Assembly: GCA_977016875.1 (NCBI GenBank)
Contig: CDRNST010000006.1
Location: forward strand, 806,001 to 870,000
Length of the DNA: 64,000 nucleotides
Origin: Pavona decussata
Taxonomy: Eukaryota
Reading direction: 5' to 3'
Shown here: positions 25,384 through 40,300 of the stretch, piece by piece
How positions within the stretch are numbered: the first letter of the stretch is position 1
How the letters are laid out: each line of letters opens with the position of its first letter
Translations under genes and position numbers: made by a program
The notes under the pieces: model-generated
The model's input: the letters and a program-made list of their open reading frames with translations, nothing else
The model's database searches: none
Told to the model about the DNA's origin: nothing

Positions 25384-25705
25384 AACAAATAGGGAGGGTA
25401 GCGGATGAGGGCTGCCTTCTCTCGACTTTAATGGAAATTCGACTCTTTAGCAGCTTTTAGCTTTGCAGGCCTAAACTTTCTCCAAAAATGTTCCGGGACA
25501 GTCTTTCGGGTGACACATGACGTTGCCTTGTTAACCAATTGGGGAGTAACAAATGGAGAGGGTAGCGGGGGAGGGCTGCCTTCTATCAACTTTAATGGAA
25601 ATCTGATTCCTTAGCAGGTTTTAGTTTTGCAGTCCTAAATTTTCTCCAAAAAAAGTTCCGAGACAATCTTTCGTGTGACACATGACGTTGGCATGGTAAC
25701 CAATT
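25384..25705. repeat. Tandem duplication, 2 x about 164 bp
   Basis: AACAAAT..GAGGGTAGCGG..GTGACACATGACGTTG..AACCAATT occurs at 25384 and at 25548. Confidence 0.85.
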
Positions 25706-25749
25706 AATTTTTTGCTTAGGATGTCAGCCCAAATGTAGAGTCGCACTTG

Positions 25750-25912
25750 GGCCTAATTGCTCAACACGGCCCGAGCTTAACCCAGTTTCTGCAGCATGAC
25801 TTACTAAAGTATTACTACCGCAACCACCCTCCCCACCCACCCTCCCAGATGGGATACTCAGCAGTATGTTATCGGTGCCCATTAATATACTTGAGAAAAG
25901 AGAGCCTGTGTC
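25750..25912 (-). mobile_element. Degenerate SINE fragment (Nin-domain-like)
   Basis: CCCAGTTTCTGCAGCATGAC..AGTATTACTAC..GATGGGATACT..CCCATTAATATACTTG resembles the reverse strand of cnidarian Nin-SINE bodies. Recognised from memory, not aligned. Confidence 0.4.
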
Positions 25913-26527
25913 TAAATTTACAACAGCCAGTTAATTAGTCTGAGGTTAATCCGTTGTTGAAGCAAGTATACGTACCACATACCGGATATGAATGTCCTAG
26001 GGGGAAAAGGAACTAATAATTACATGTATACCTCCTCCGTTGAATTGAACCAGGAACGTAAATAAACCGTGAAATAACATTGTAATATACAAAATTATAA
26101 TTTTTCTACATTAATCTACAACAATCTGGTCATGTTGTCCTTCAGCAGCATGGTTAAAAATATATACAACTGTTCAATTGAGGCCTTAAACTGCTTTTTA
26201 AAAGAAAAATAGTAATCGTTGTATCTAAATGTATTTTATCGTATAAAAGACACCTGAATTTCGCTTTATTCCGGAAAATGTTTCCTTAAGGGTAAGCAAA
26301 TTTCTTGCGGAGGGTGGGGGTACTCCTTATAATGAAATACTGTATACAACAATCAGTAAATTGCAAAGTGAAAACAACGATATTTAGGCGTTATTAACGA
26401 AGGTAGAATTCTAAGAATATATTGAATTTAAGCAAGTGATCGTTTCCGATGTATTGGTCTATAGTCCATGAACTGATTAAGCCAATTGGAATACATCACG
26501 GTGAAGGTCTAATTAGTACCTATTGCA

Positions 26528-29212
26528 TCATTTAAGGAAATGAAAAAAAGTAAGTAAAAGGTTTTCAAACTCCTCCTCCTCACGCCGACAATCAGTTTCA
26601 ATGTTTTCCGTTCGACGAGTGAGAGCAACGATTCTCTTGTCAAGATTTTCTACTCTCTCTTTGGTACACTGATAAATTCTCTCTGTATTTAAAAAAAGGT
26701 TCTGCGTCCGAGTGGCACATGTTAACGATCATTGATTCATCGCAATATAGCTTGAAACTATTTCCCCTTTGACCTTTTTGAAACATCTCAATGAAACGTT
26801 TGCTGATAAACGTTGCCATTTCTAAATCCTCCGCACTTTCTTCAGCCTGCGTTTTGGCGTCCGTATACGACTCGTTCAGAACAGATACTAGCATGTTCAT
26901 AAGGACAATAGTCATTGTTATATTGTATGTAAAAGCAAAGGTGGGTCCAAGAAACGGGTGCTGACGTCTCAAATCATCTATTGGGACAGCTCTGCCTAAA
27001 AGAAATTCAAACTGGGAGATGACTGCTTTCACATAGCTGGAGTATTCAAGGGCTTCATGACCAAAAAACTGCTTCCCTGCTATCACAAAAGCATTGAACA
27101 TTATCAGAAAGAAAACTATATACGACAGTTGATAACCCACTGACTGTCGGAAAGATGAAAACAGAAAAATCACATACGGGTTGAAACGGATCAAGTTTAA
27201 AAGCTTAACTGTCACCATAAAAATGGCAACAGCGATTGCGGCGTTTTCCCAATTAGCCCAGTCTAGGGCTTCGTGAAAATGTAAAATTTCATATGGATTG
27301 GCTTGAATGGCTTTGACGCTCTTCAAAATATTCTTGGATCTGATCATGTAAAACGTTACTGACAACACCGAGAAGATGATCATTAAGAAATCAACCATAT
27401 TCCACACTGACTTGAAAAACCGGAGCCGCTGTCTGTAAAGGTGGATCAGCATCACAATCAAGTAATAAAGCACCATGGCCATGAAAAGAAATTGACAAAC
27501 GAGGTAAAACATTACAGCTCCTGACTCTGTGCTGTACAACTCGAGTGTGCCAACCCTTCTGGAAGTGTAAGCAACACCTGTTGCCATCGCTTCGTAAAAA
27601 TATGTTGCGATGCTCAAAAGATTTGTGTTTGCATTAAACACGGCGAACTCTAATATCACTGCTCGTGTCTGATGATCAACCCATCCATAACCGAAAGTCT
27701 CGTCGAGGACACCTTGGGCTGTACCTTCGTCATAACCCATTACGGCAACATAGCCCCCACCTTCATAGGAATTGTATGTGCCTTTAATTGGATCATTGTC
27801 AATTTTTTCAGCAGTTTGGTACTGCCAAGGTTTCGGGCAGAGTTTCAGAGCCTTTGGCCATGAAGTATTGAGGGGAGGTGGTTTCCATCCGGGAAGACTC
27901 AATGGCGTAGTGTCCTCCCTTTCATTGGAATAATCGTAATAGCAATACGAGGTGAAGCGAAGGGGAGACTCACAGGAACCTAAAAATTATAAATGCTATA
28001 AGTAGAATCTAAAATGAGAAAAAAACATGGGATAGTATAAAAAAATAGCAAAATAATATGGAAGTGGGCATATGCATATCTGTTATTTTTCTATTAATAT
28101 TCTTAAAAAAGCACACTCAAAGAGTGATTTATAGAAGGGCAAATCAACAATTTGAAAACGATATGTTGAAAATGTTGAATAAGGATTGAATTCGTTTACT
28201 ATGAGTACTGTTTGATAAAAGCTGGGTCATTATGATTTTAATGGCAAATGCATTGTTCCTAGCAGCTGAGAATACATGTATGTTTCTAAAGGCCTTCCAG
28301 TTATTGATGTATCATGCATACGCGGACAAATTCAAAGTAATCATAATTACTTAATCCACGTAAACTTTTCATGGGATTGAACAGGTACTTCAGACGACAT
28401 ACCAAGAAGAAATAGGTCCACAGAAGCCGTTTTATTTTTTTTATTTTTTATTTTTTTTTTTAACCAGGCTGTTGAACCGAATAGCTGGCTGCATTATTAT
28501 GTATAGTTTAAACCAGTTGAACATTGTAATATGTATATCAAAAACCGGTTTTCTAACGCGCGTTGTGAGCTTCTTTCCGTTTTTCCTGTTTGTTTTCTTT
28601 GTTAGTCTTTAGAGAAGTTAAGTTGAATAATTTATCTGTTGTTAAATGTTTATTTTTACCCTTTGTTTTTTTCTTGAATATATTAGTTACACTCACTCTT
28701 TTGTATTCTCAGTTGTCTCATCCATGGCATCCCGATCATTATCGACATCTTATTCTCAACATACGCGTCCTCTTCATCTTTGATCCCATTGTACCATGGC
28801 TGGCTGTAAATGTTTGGAAGAAATTCGTACCTCATCCACCCCCATAGCCCTTGTCTGTCGTTTATCTAAAATAGAGCATTTGACGCTTATTAGTGACACT
28901 CGTTTTATTTTGGAATATGAAAAGTTGCCCGACTAGATGCATTATCTTTCATTCTGTTCCGTTCTGCCCCTCCAATTATTTTTCCGCGCGGGTTTTGATT
29001 GTTAGTGATTTTGTGGTGTGTATTTGGAAGAATTTCAGCTTTTCTACAGTTATAGAGTTGTTCTGAAGACTTCGGTGAGGTTTCGTTTACATACATGTTG
29101 CTTATCTTCTCTCTTCATGAGATAATGAAAACATAATTTCGTTACGAACACCAGTGAAAATGTCTCACTGGAGTCGAAGAAATGAAAAAATGATGTATGG
29201 AACTGACAAGAC

Positions 29213-29290
<78 letters not shown>

Positions 29291-32200
29291 TTAATATTTG
29301 AGCAAATGGCATGAAACCCCACGACTTTTTCAGACATGTTTAAGGAAACAATTTGTTGTGCTCAGTTGGTCTTCATGGAATTTGACGTCACTTAATAGCA
29401 AGCAGTTATTGACAGGTAGGTTTCTCAGAAAATTGGATATTCCTGTTTTAAAAGATGAAAAGACTTTAGTTTTCTTACATTAACGTTACTTTATGTTTTC
29501 TTATGATGAGATCCCTTATGTTCATACGTATTCTCGTCAGGTTCCGTCAACTTATTGAGGAAAGATTGCTATGAACCTCTCTACCCCGTAATATTAATGA
29601 GCACTTTCTTACCAGATCAAACTTCGGAAATGGAGTTAGCATTGTACTGGTCATCATAAAGCGATAGCTGTTCTTGTTGCCGTAACAAACCATTGCCAAG
29701 AAAAACACAAATATGAGATGGATGACTATATCTCTCATCATGCCTGTCAACTTGACCTCTTTCTTGGTTCTTTCACGTGCCGCCTCCAGCCTCGATCTTT
29801 TAAACCTTTCTTTTGGATTATCAACCAGAAAATCAATGTCGCTCTCGTGTACTTCACCTCCTTCGCTCTCTACACTAGAATGAGACTGTTTCTTTGTCCT
29901 TGTCAAAAGCAATGAAACTGCAACAACAGCCACCATAACCTTCGTTGGTTGTACAACGAAAATATCTTGACTATTTGAGATCAAAATGGAGGACAGCCAC
30001 TGCTCAGCAACCTCTTTGCCCCACATTAAGCTGTAAAATAAAGTGAAGGCTGCTGCAGTCAGCGTTGTGACAAAGCAGAGAAACCAGGCAATGTATACAC
30101 AAAAGTGAGGCAACATGCAGCCATCGTCCCTCATTTGATCCACCAGACATTGGGCGTGGTAAATTTCTTTATATTTGTCTCTTTTCTGGCTTCTTGGTTT
30201 GCTCGACTTGAACAGGAAGACGATAATGATATTAACAGGTGCAACTATCAGTCCACTTTGTACTCCAACGATAATTTGTCTAAGAGAAAACTTGAATGGT
30301 CCAACTTGAATCGCTCCTTCTGATTCTCCACCAATGTTATAAAACATAGCATTTGCAATCATGGCGCTGAACAGAACTGACAGACAACAAGAAGCTCTTT
30401 GTACGCGTGTGAATGTGCTGCTTGTAGCCTTGCCAAAAACAGACATCCATAAGTGGCTGTCGGCGAGTTTTCTTCCAAAACGCGAGCGGACTTCATTTGA
30501 AAAGGTGACAGCGCTTTTGTTGTCTACGGTCACTTCTATTAGGCCATCTTCCTTTTCAACAGCAAGCCATCGATTTACAGGAAATGTCCATTGTTCCTCT
30601 GTCTGTCTGTCTCTGATTGTTACCGTTTCTACAAACCAAGAAGGATTCTCCCCAGAATTGTCATGCTCTAAAGTTATTTCTTTTAAAGCTCCCAGCGATT
30701 GAGTAGTGATCAGAACAAATCCATTTATACTTCCCCGTGCAAATATGTCACATGACTCCCCTTTACTTCGAAGTGGAACGTGGCTGTAATCAGCAATTTC
30801 GCCTGTTATACTGATCGTTACATTAGCGGTTGTTCCTGAGTTTTTCCAAACACCAGTACTAATGGCAATGTCGTAGTAATAGATTCCATTTTCAACTAGG
30901 GCCACAAGCTTTGGAAGACACATCTGGGGGACAATAATACGAACGAAGTTAGGATAAGACAAATATAAATAATGATGAGAAATAAATTATTCCTACTTCC
31001 CGATAGTAATTCGTTTTGTATAGGAAATTGGCAAGAAAGGTATTAGCCATTCCAGATAATATGATCATAACTATGTGAGTGAAATACATTTGAACCAATC
31101 GGTTTCAATTTTCCAGTCGAAAGCTGCATGGGTATTTTCCCCTTTTTATCGTTATTTTTTTCTAAAGGAGACTCGTATTTTCTATGTCACTCAAATTTAA
31201 ATTTAACACAAAAATGATCCTATGGAAAAACTGCTCCAAATTTCAATGTTAACACAGAGGGCCGAAATGAGCAAATCCTATTTCCATTAAATTCTAAGTC
31301 ATGGTCTTCTCAGGTTCGCTGAAGTAGATTTCTCGATCCCAAAATGCATTCAAGAAAAGTATAGCTTGAGTTCTGAATAGAAGAGGATAGATATTAGCTC
31401 TGGTACTTTAACCAACCTTGTTTTCATCTCTTTTGTCAGCTCTCCTGGCGAAGAAAACCACGACGACGTAGAAGAGGAACGCACAGCAAATAGTCACTAA
31501 TACTGAAATATTGCCACTTTCAGCTAAGTTTCTAAATTCAGCAAAAACTTTGTCGAAGTCGATGGGATTTGGAGCTTGTATAAAGTTTCCCCCAAAGGAT
31601 GTCAAGTGATTGCAACGACATACGAGGTGGGTTGAGTTTGACTTGGGATCAACCTACAAATGAAGAAATAATGATTTATCGCCAACAGGAAAGCTTCAAT
31701 AGTGTTGAACTGGTTGTTTGTTTCCAGGTATCTATTTAACACCCGAGTTAAATTCTGTACTTTAAAACATCACTTAACTTAACGGTGGTACCTTTAAATT
31801 TTTAATGTTTCAGCCCACCAATCTCACGTTAGATAAAACATTAGACATAGTTGGGTTATTTTTTAATTTTGTTTAAATGCATTTAAGGCAGCGAATTGAG
31901 TTGGGGAATAGTCAAGGGACAAAGGGTGAGAACATTTGTCAAGCGAAGCGCCTATATAGCGCCATTTTTCGCCTGACTAATATCAAAGTGCCTTGTTCAA
32001 ACTTTCCATCTCGTCATTATTTGTTTCAGCACAAATTCTTCATACTCACGTTTGACTCGAGGTCTTTGTGTTCACGTGCAATTGCTCTTTGTTATACAAC
32101 TATCGAAGATGACAAAAATAACTCTTTTGTACTGCTCAAATTTTCAAATGATTCTCAATGGGAAATACTGTCTGCCACCACTGCATTACTTTTGAAAATA

Positions 32201-34286
32201 AATGGCCTTGGGCATGTCATAACTGAGTGATATTACTAGTCTTGGCTGTCTAATTAATACAAACCTTTTCTATCTCTTCAGTATTTTATCTCCCAATCGA
32301 ATGGTTTTCCTTCCTGGTTGGATATTTGCGTTTTATTTGTATTTTTTTTTTCCGATCGTGGTGTGCAAAAAAATAATAACATTTATTTGGTTCTATTGAG
32401 GAAAATATTCTTAATTAAAAATAAAAAGTACCTTGCAACCATCAGAGGTCCACTTGTCCCTGTCTTCAGACCAATACAAGCAGCTTGATTGAGTGATAGT
32501 AATGGTGTAATTAACATCTGTTGCCGGGTCATACTGTGGGACAACTACTTTAGTGACTCCTTTTGGTGGTGGATCTTTGAAGCCAACGCAATCTCGTCTT
32601 TGGCGACTATGACCGAAACACGATCTTCTTCTCCTTGAGTGTTCAGTGGAATTTTTACTTCCCATTATTCCGATATACAAACGACCTGGCTTTGTTGGCA
32701 CCACTACGATGGAAGTTTTTTCGTAAAGACAAGATGTCTGATTTCTTTCCTTGCTGATCTCACATGTGTATTTAAAGGAAATGGTGAAATTGTGATCAAA
32801 GTCATCAATAGCTGGTCTTGATCCAAATTTAACTAACAATTCGACGATAATATCATTTTCTTGTACACCCATTTCAATGGACACAGGAACATCTGCCAGT
32901 TCCGCGTAGTAAGAATGGACTGCCATTTTGTTTGGTTTAAAAAAACGATGTTCTTGCACTTCGGTGCTGTTCGCATTGTCCTTAGATGGGCTGGAAATTG
33001 GAATGACCATCACAATATCATCATCGAGATTTGACACATTAATCTTTGCATCACCATTTTGTAACTCAAGACTGGTAACACTTGATTGGATCGCCTTGCT
33101 GCTGTCGTCCCAGGTGTAAGGATTGAAATTGACAGCTGTCATCTGCGAAGGTGTGAACACACAAAATCTCTTAACACCTTGAACATAAACTATAAAAGAT
33201 AATTGCACGTTGATAGCCTACCTATACCTATTTATAGATGTTTTAGTCTGATAAATTCACTTTGAATTTAAACCGTAACGGGTGCTCGACATTTTGTATT
33301 GAATCTGAACCTTGAACAGCTAGTCAGTTGTCAAGATGCCCTATTTTAAAAGTAACCACTCAGGACGTTTATTTACAACATATTCCTGAGGCCCTACGCA
33401 TGGGAAAGACATATACTCCCCCATTTTCTTGTCACTTTAGAACATATCTTGCCTAATGGAATTGTTTGTAAATTATTATTAAACCAAGGAAATGTAGAAC
33501 AATGAGGAATGCCCTTAAATGCAAGATATTGTTAATGACCTCCGGATCGTTAGCGATTAAATTAAAATTACAGGAGCAACGTGTGTTTCTTTTTCTGTTG
33601 TTATTTTAAATTGTTGAATTATTTCTTCCAACTCTTCCAATGTGATAAAATAAAAAACAAAATATGCTTAGTATGAATTGAGGACTTGGGACTAGAAATA
33701 GAGTATGCAAAGGAAAGCTCCTTACCTTTACATTCACGTTCCCACCACTCATATATCCAAGATCGCCTGGTAGTTTGAACTTTGAAGAACCTTCTTCCAT
33801 ACTAAGCCCCCGTATGTTTTCCGAAGAGACTTTCTGTAGAGCTATCGCCAGATCATTGGTCTTAATCACCATACTTTCGGACACCACCAAACGACCAAGA
33901 AATGCATTAGTCAGACTGTTCAAGCTCTGAGAAGCCTTTTCAACATTCTCCTACAATTACAATGGACACACAAAAAAAAAATCAATCAGCGTTGCTTGCC
34001 GGCGTGCGGAAAAGAGGACATCGACGAAGCAATATTTGAATTTACTGCTTAACAAAGGTGGAGCTACATTTATTAGATAGAGGCCAGATATATGGCTACA
34101 AACCTCGCCTTGCTATTGCTTCGTTCGTTCCTTTGCTTCATTAAAAAAAAGGTTATGAACGTCAAAAGTTTTTGTGGGAGACTAAGTCCCTCCACCACCC
34201 CACCCCCCCCCCCCCCCCCTCCAAGGTATGAAAAGTGAGGGTCGGTCTGAAGCAGTTAATAATAATAGTATTATAATAATAATAAT

Positions 34287-34322
<36 letters not shown>

Positions 34323-37300
34323 TATTATTATTATTATTATTATTAATAGCTTTATTGCTACATCCAATCCAAATGGACATTCAAAAGTGATAAAAAATTT
34401 CCATATTATTTAAAAAAAACTAAAATACGCATAATTGCACCTATTGAGTGTCAATGGCTTAAGAATTCGTCAAGAGCACGTCCTTTAATTGCGTTCGACA
34501 AGAATTTGTTTTGTACCTTTGTAGATGTAGAATCCCCTGGAGTTGATCCAATTACTTGATTCGCACTTGACGAAGATTTAAGAACATTCTTGAGTACACC
34601 TGCCACACCAACAGCAGCTTCCTCTACTTCTGGAGTTAAAGGCTCCTCTGGGTCACTGAGAGCATTGACAAGTTGGTTTGTTGCAGTTTCGGACATTCTC
34701 AATGCTAAATTCTAGGAAGAAGAGGCGAATGGCTAGTATTGTTAGATTTTTTTTTTCAGTCAATGACACGAACTCGGGGAAAGAAAACCCAAGTTCTATC
34801 AACAGGAGTCGAACTTAGGACCTACCAATTACTAGTTTGGTTGCTCTATCACTGAACTACAGGAAACTCGTAGGATCCATAATTTAATCACCAGTTTTCA
34901 AATATAAGGTCATATTAATTTTACGTGTACCGCTCGTCAGCATTCGGATCCTTGTGGTAAGCGGGGTGTTTTCCGCGGTGGCCTAGCTTGGTGGCCTATA
35001 AGCTAGCTCCTACTAGTCTCCAGGAGCTTAGTTGTAGAGCATCCGGACTATAACGTCCTAGGTTCGACTCCTGTTGGGAGAATTCAGATTTCGTTTTTCC
35101 AACTATGCCCGTGTCATTGGCTGAAAGGATATATCTATAATTTATTCAACAAACTTAAAACATAGAATAACATTTCTTTCACATGGTAAGTCTTGTCGCC
35201 TTTCGTACCCTGTTCAATATCGAGAAGAAAACAAAATATAATGCAAAAAGAATTCAAAGTTATTTGTTTCCAATTTAAATCAACCGACCTACGAACAACA
35301 TCCAAATGCTACTAATTACGCAAACACTATAATTTCAAAAACATCGAAAATGTTAGTCTTTGTTATACTGTTACGATTTTCGGTTATCTCAGAGGGTGCA
35401 GTAAGATGCACTTAAGGAGAAAAGGATAGGGGGAACGACCTTTCGAATGACAGTGAACCAATAAGTGAATCCGTGAATGGTGCAATTAAAACATAAGTTG
35501 AGAAAATGAACAGTAAAAAAAATGGATGAATACACTGCATGAAGATTGACCAATCGATGAATAAAAGGGTGAGGGTGCGAATCAAAAAATGACTAAAAGA
35601 AACGGAATACTAAGGAAGTCAGTTACCACTCCTCCACTTCCTCCTCCTTCTTCTTCTCCTCCTCCTCCCGCTTCACTGATCACCGCCATAATTGTCCGAA
35701 GCATCCCTGGGCTCTCAGGCTTTATAGACGTGAACTTTTCGGTGATAGTGACATAGATCTAACAAAATATTAATGCAGTTTTAAGCCCTTAACGTTTAAG
35801 GGATACCAAAAAAAATTGAATATAGGAATGCGTAAGTTATTGCAAGTTAGAGATTGTCATCCCGTGTTAAATTAAACGCAGCGCGTAAGCGTAAGCGATA
35901 TCTCTCCAGTTGCAGAAATTTTTTCAACTCTCCTGTTTGGTATGACCCAACAAAGCATTGGCTTTTTGCTGATTATCGCGCTTCTCCTTGTAAGGAAAAC
36001 TTGGCATCAAAACTATTTTAAGGTTAGCAAAACTTCCAAAAATATTTTGCAGAAATAGGGACCAATTATAGTGTTTGGTTATTTCCAAGTGACCTAGCTT
36101 TACGGAAGATTGAATGACAACATTTGAGTTCTTTCTAAGCTAACGGTATAACGTATTACTAGCACTCTAGCTCCTGAACAACTATTAAAAATAATGTAAA
36201 TTATCAGAGATCAAGAATACGTGTGTTATCTTTGTGAGTTTGTTCAATGAGTAAATTATATCACACATTATATACATTTATCATCTGCTGCAATCTATCT
36301 ATTTCTTCGTCTTACGTTTTCCTTACGATATTCCTAATTTGTCATTCACTTAGATCGTCGATTACTAAATTAAGCTGATAGTCGGCTACCAATCGGGGAA
36401 GTCAGTCTGTCCATCAAGCAATCAATTATAATTTAAGTACTTTGTATCTATTTATTTGTTTCTGGGACTACTCTGCTAGCGCTCTGTGTTATCGCTTTAA
36501 TTTTATGTACGCTGCTGTATACGTACCTCTCTTTTGACTAGTATACTCACTCCCTCGCCACAATCGTACTTTGCATTGGCAACCTTCAAGACCGACATGG
36601 CAAGTTGTGCAGCCTGGCTGATTTCACCTTTGTTTAGAAATCCGTCCATCGTACTACCTTCACCTACCACAAGACTTTTTAATTGATTTTCAACTTCTTC
36701 TGCTGAGGTGAGACACGGATCAAGCTTGGAAGACCCCTTAACCTGCGTAAAATCAAACCATTTTTTAAAACGCTTGACCTTAAGCGTGCTCTTTGTTAGA
36801 TCTCTGAAACTGTGCCAGCTTTATGGTAATAAATCTTGGAGATATTTTAAAATTCCGAAACTGTTTCTCTGGAAGTTCTTTGAAGTTCTCTATCGTAGAA
36901 ATAACGTTATGTTTTCTGGATAGTCCTGCTATGTTGGTTTCCTCGATTTCTCAGGAAAAGAACAAGACAAACGTCAAGATAGACTTAAAATTAATAAAAG
37001 CACTTACAAAAGTCCTGAACTTGAATGGAAATTTAGAGCCTACGACAATAAACCCAGAACTTTTCATAAAAGGGGAAAATCTTAGTTTCGAAAAGAACGT
37101 TTGTCAAACTTTTGCTACCATAAAGACATCTAGAAACCTGAAAGGTAAATTGTCAAACCAAATTATTAATTGCCAGATAAATTTGAAAATTGTAGTTATT
37201 ATTAAAAGATTAAAAAAAAATAATAGTTCTTCATACCTTGACAAACAAAGTGCTTACAATCCTCACACCAACAGAGTTCTTTATAATGATGTTAATTTCT

Positions 37301-40300
37301 AATCGGTAACTATCTTCTTTCTTCCCGGCTGGTAAGAATGTAGAAGCGGACTTGGGAGAATTACCGTAAGATATTGGGTCATTTCCAGCACGAAATTCAT
37401 AAGAAAGTGGTGTGTTGTTATCTTCCCATTCAAAGCACTCAAATGTGAACTCTGTTTCAAGCGCTACGCCTTCGGTGGACGATGGACTGCAATGCCCACT
37501 ATGTGGTGCCCCAGCGGTTTCAAATCCGAGCACGCCAAATCCTTCCGAGCCCGCAAGAGATATTACGACCAGCATCAAACTGAATTTGACACCGGATGGT
37601 AAAGAATTCTTCTTGATGATCATATTATTGGCATTCACTCCAGTTGAGGTCATGTTAGGCAAAATGCTAACATTTTCCCAAATGCTTGTTTCTTCGTTCA
37701 GCTTCTTCAGACGCCACTCATAAAGGGAACCGTTGCAAGCTGAATTGGGACAACCTGACGTCACTCGGAGCTTGTTAGAAGCAGACACCACTGTGCCGCA
37801 ATCAACAAAACATCTGAAATAAAAATTAAATGAAAGAAATTTCAAAAACATCGCCTTCAGCAAAAGGTATAAAAATAGAATGAAGAACTGCACCGAAGAC
37901 TTCAACAGTCCCGGATATACAATTAGTGTTATTATTACTAAATCACCAAACTGGTATTGCACCGCATAGGTAGCAGCGAGATAAAGTAGACAAGGCAGAG
38001 TGCCTTCGCAACACCTTATTGAAGTATCTAGTATTTTGTAATCTGGAAAAAGCACCGCCCAAGTTTTACATCATTTTCGAAATATCTTATCATCGAGTTA
38101 CTGCTCATAGAAAAAGTCCAATGACAGTTAAGTTTCCAAACTCAAATTATCAGGTAGTGCAGAATATATTAAACATAGTGCCAATAATAAAGTAGCCCCC
38201 AAGCGTTACGTTGAACAATAAAATGTTAGAAACTGTAAGCTCTGCTCCTTCCCGCAAGTGTGATCCATTGTTGCCTCCAATGAAAAAAAACCAATGCAGT
38301 CTTTGCGAAAGAGTAGGTTAAAATTTCATAGACATGCGTGCTGATATCGCAAAGGAGTGAGAAGTTATTCTCTAATATTAGAACTTATTATTCAACACAT
38401 TGTGACACTGCCCAAATATGGTCATGTTGAACTCAATGTATGTCGTCCGCTTACAAAAGATATCCTGCGAGTCGGGGAGAAAAATGACAAAGCTGAGCGC
38501 TTTCAAAAAGTATAAACGACCTCGCAAAATCACCAAACTATTAATAACGCTGTTTTATATTGAACACGTAAAAGACAACCAAGGTTGCTGTTAAGAATTG
38601 TAATGGTGAGTGCAAAAAAGTTTAGCTGCTTACCCAGCTTTCTGTTTGTGAACTGGCAAATTACAGTTCGGCAAAAACGTTTAATATATTTTTCGCTAGA
38701 CTTTTGGATTGTCCTGTATTCTAGGGCTCAGAAATTACAAACAGTACATGTATTTCCTTAGATTGGTTCTTGCAACTGTTAAACAGAGATCTTGACTCGT
38801 CTGGAAGAGATGGAGAAAACCACCTGAGAAAATCCGAGCTCGCACCGAAGTGCCTCAACAAATTTTAGCTTTCTGACAGACAAAACGATAAACGGAGTCG
38901 ACGGAGTACAAAGTAATTATTCTCAGAAGCATCAGAGCCGCTTGAAAAACCGTTTACTTTCATAAAAGATCCAGAGTTCTTGCAAGGAACAAGGCACTAG
39001 ATGAGTTTGTCAAAACACTGAGGAAAAATCATGAAATTGCTTCCGTAGCAAACAAAGAAACACTCACCCGAGAAATCGTTGAAAAGCCTTTTCAGTCTGT
39101 TCAGCTCGGCCCGGCTGACCAACAAATCCTTCGCAGCTTCAAAATACAGTTTGGTTTTAGCTTTTAAGGCTACAAGTTTGTGGAAAATTTTGCCAGAGCG
39201 ATTGGCGCGCTAGACGAGTACTCAATTTTTTTTTTTAATTTGATGCAAAACGCTCGCGCTCTCATTCAAACTTGAACAAAGCTGCCGCTTTCATCCAAGG
39301 CGGTCCGCGCGCGGGAAAATGTTACAAGTTTATTTCTTTGACAAATAAAGATCCCCTCCAGCTTTTCTGTTATAAACCTGTGCTTTGTTATCAATGTGTT
39401 GAATAATAAAACAATTATCCTGCTCAATCTTGTGGAATATCGCCTGATACTTAGCCGACGAGGCCGTTGGCCGATTTGGCTAAAATCAGGCGATATCCCG
39501 CGCGATTTCGCAGGATAATTGTTAAATGTTAGCGTGTTTTTTAGGGTTCATGAGACGTTTTAGCTAGGTGCAGCTAATTAAATGATTATTGTTGTCGAAA
39601 TCTCTAGCTTCACCGTGGAATAAAAAAAGGAACCACAAATACTAACTTTTCGACAAACTGTGTTCAAATTTAGAAGTGTTTCTGGGTGTAGAATGTGTTA
39701 TCGAAAAGCTCTGCTAATTTTGAGTTCATAAAGTTACTCTTCGTCTTCTAAACCGACGCGGTCAGTCACTCTAAGCTCTCTCCTTCACACTTCCTTCCTT
39801 GGCCCAAAATCCCTTCCTGTATAAGGTTAAATTGAACAAATTATCAGAATAATTGCAAACATTGTTTGCCTTTTCTTCTCTTAATTCCTGTGCTAGTGAC
39901 TGACAAAGATCGATAAGGCCTAACGGCCAAACTTTGTGACTCTTTAGATACAAAGTGTTGGTAGCAGTGTAATAAAATGCTATTTTTCGCTTGACTTGAT
40001 GACTGCTAAACATTTTCACAGACATCTTGTCTTCGGAATTTTGATTCTCTTTTGGTATTTCAATGAAAAATTTCCATGTTTATTATCTTAGCTTGCACAC
40101 ATGAGAATCCAAGATGAACGTTTCCTCCAAGTCATTCTCAAGTCAGTTGAGGTAGATCGTCCACTCATTTTATAGGCTTTACCCAGTATCTAGAGCGGGA
40201 TGGACGGGATTCTGCCCGCAGCGACTTTGAACCTCAATATCTTTAAAAACGTTTAAAGTAAACTCCCTGAAACTTCAGAATTTTTTCAGAAATTTATCTG

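Noticed and set aside
29050-29337. Poly-Ile ORF (also the poly-Met/His/Asp ORFs at about 34160-34410 and 45490-45760)
   Set aside because: These are translations of intronic microsatellites.
32262-32285. Minimal hammerhead ribozyme (CTGAAGA..GAAA on the minus strand)
   Set aside because: No stem II pair and no convincing flanking helices.
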